Shown here: positions 62,549 through 64,000 of the stretch, piece by piece
Layout: each line of letters starts with the position of its first letter
How positions within the stretch are numbered: the first letter of the stretch is position 1
Source of the DNA: a virus
Strand: one strand, 5' to 3'
Virus record (IMG/VR): IMGVR_UViG_3300007351_000002
DNA: 64,000 nt
The notes under the pieces: model-generated
Database searches by the model: none
The model's input: only the letters and a program-made list of their open reading frames with translations
Told to the model about the DNA's origin: nothing
Program-made: the position numbers and the translations under genes

Positions 62549-64000
62549 ATGGCTACTGCATTAAGTGATATTGTTCCGTCTGGTCAAAGAACCGTTTTCG
62601 GATTAACTATAAAAAGTTTAAGTTTGGATTTAGACGACAAGGAAGTAAAATATACATTAACGTTAATTCAAGATTCTGGCCAAATTTTTGAATTAAGAAA
62701 TCTTGATTTTACTAATGGCGTTGCTCCACTAACCAATTTACATTTTGGTGAATTGAATATAATAGCCTCAGTAGTTTCTTGGGAAGAAACGCTTATTGAT
62801 ATAAATGGTAATTCTATATTCACAGTTGTATTAACTTCGAATGGTAGTATATTTTTGAACTCGTTTAAAATAGTAGAAGCTTCATATGTAGATTCACCAC
62901 AATTAATAAATAATAACATATTAGTTCCAACACAAATAATAAATGGCAAAACATTTGGTCCATCTATTCAAAGTATTTTTAGATTATTTGACGATCAAAT
63001 TTTTCAAATGGCGGAAAATACCATATTTTTTAACTTCGATGGATTAGATCCAGATATAAATGAGGAAAGATTCGTAGAGGTTCGTTCTGGTGAAACTACA
63101 TTATTAGATGCAATAGAAGACTTCACTAGGTCAAATAATTTCGATTATTCATTAGATTTTTCTTTATTGAATGGTAATATAGGTATTTCATTTGTTAAAA
63201 CTGGATTAATTGAAGAATCAAGTAGTTTATCTAGTGCTTTTGATAATATATTGGATGCCATTGCTGATGCCGATAACGATAAAATAATAAGTTATAGAAA
63301 GGGTTATACGATAACAGAAAATTTCGTTCAGCAACATGGAGATGGAATACCAAAAACAGATTTTCTTACACAAAAAATTATACACGTAGTTAAAGGTGGT
63401 TATACATCTAATCTTCTTAATTTTACATCTAGTGACATAAGACAATTTTGGGGATTCGATTCTGACGGATCTTTATTAGGAACACCAGAGAAATTTTCTA
63501 AAATGGTGCAAATATTAAACGATGAAAATATTGTAGACGAGGATATAGAACTTCGTAAATTTATGAATTTATGGGGTAGACAATATATAGTAAATGCAGA
63601 TACTTATACAGAAATTGCAGAATATACACAAGAACAATTGCAAGATATTGCCAATGAACAACAGGCAATGACGGACTTTTGCGAAGCTTTATTGATATAT
63701 TTTAATTCATTACCGGAAAGACAATTGGGCGATCCGTACAGAGACCCAGGAACATTATTTAGAAATTTTGTTTCTGATTATTTTATTATACATACAGAAC
63801 TAACTGATAGTGAAGAAAATAGAATTATTGAAGATGCTGGTGCTAGTCTAAATCAAATTTCAGATCCACTTGCTGGCGATACATTATTAGATTTGATAGA
63901 CGAAGCATTGAATGGTATCGGTGGACAAAATTATCCTTCTATTGATGAAATTCAATTAGAAATAGGTACTCAAATATCTTTAGAAACATCAAATTTGGAT
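62549..64000 (+). CDS. hypothetical tail-region protein, 3'-truncated by the window end (at least 484 aa)
   Basis: Not in the ORF track because it has no stop. Hand-translated as open from the ATG at 62549 (AGGAG 6 nt upstream) to the last base. The minus-strand ORFs 62668-62949 and 63227-63445 are antisense artefacts. Confidence 0.65.
   Translation, partial: MATALSDIVPSGQRTVFGLTIKSLSLDLDDKEVKYTLTLIQDSGQIFELRNLDFTNGVAPLTNLHFGELNIIASVVSWEETLIDINGNSIFTVVLTSNGSIFLNSFKIVEASYVDSPQLINNNILVPTQIINGKTFGPSIQSIFRLFDDQIFQMAENTIFFNFDGLDPDINEERFVEVRSGETTLLDAIEDFTRSNNFDYSLDFSLLNGNIGISFVKTGLIEESSSLSSAFDNILDAIADADNDKIISYRKGYTITENFVQQHGDGIPKTDFLTQKIIHVVKGGYTSNLLNFTSSDIRQFWGFDSDGSLLGTPEKFSKMVQILNDENIVDEDIELRKFMNLWGRQYIVNADTYTEIAEYTQEQLQDIANEQQAMTDFCEALLIYFNSLPERQLGDPYRDPGTLFRNFVSDYFIIHTELTDSEENRIIEDAGASLNQISDPLAGDTLLDLIDEALNGIGGQNYPSIDEIQLEIGTQISLETSNLD

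Overview
This window is a segment of a very AT-rich, densely coded tailed-phage genome. It looks siphovirus-like, with a 1586-aa tape measure and no recognisable sheath gene. All calls rest on manual reading of the sequence and motifs in the ORF track; no searches were run.

Layout, left to right:
- 1-5.4 kb: a compositionally foreign GC-rich island (about 50-57% GC by eye, against 20-33% elsewhere). It holds a tRNA-Met(CAU), a tRNA-like element, a few small minus-strand genes with strong Shine-Dalgarno sites, an AT-rich HNH gene butted against the tRNA, and about 3.2 kb saturated with a 9-10 bp motif, GTCCGATAA(C/T).
- 5.5-12.4 kb: a moron-like gene, then a block of small early ORFs on the + strand.
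- 12.7-15 kb: an SMC/Rad50-like ATPase, a DUF4406-like protein and an HNH-like gene.
- 15-20.4 kb: a minus-strand accessory cassette. It contains a frameshifted YiiX-like amidase, a macro domain protein, MazG, a ClpP-like protease, a P-loop NadR-like kinase, a Cys-rich protein and a DNA methyltransferase.
- 20.5-31.2 kb: a sigma-like factor, a putative small terminase, an HNH-like gene, an ERCC4 nuclease, TerL, portal, scaffold, decoration protein and major capsid protein.
- 31.3-44 kb: two homing-endonuclease-type genes, then a set of unusual modular fibre proteins. These carry a 14-aa 'DLFIxG' repeat, YWTD-type beta-propellers, a beta-helix, and duplicated anchor modules.
- 44.2-50 kb: a major tail candidate, then a moron island (HNH, DUF4326, lipoprotein, HPRT, HNH-like).
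- 50-64 kb: the tape measure and distal tail/fibre genes.

At least seven HNH-type genes are present. I saw no integrase, CRISPR array, reverse transcriptase or rRNA.
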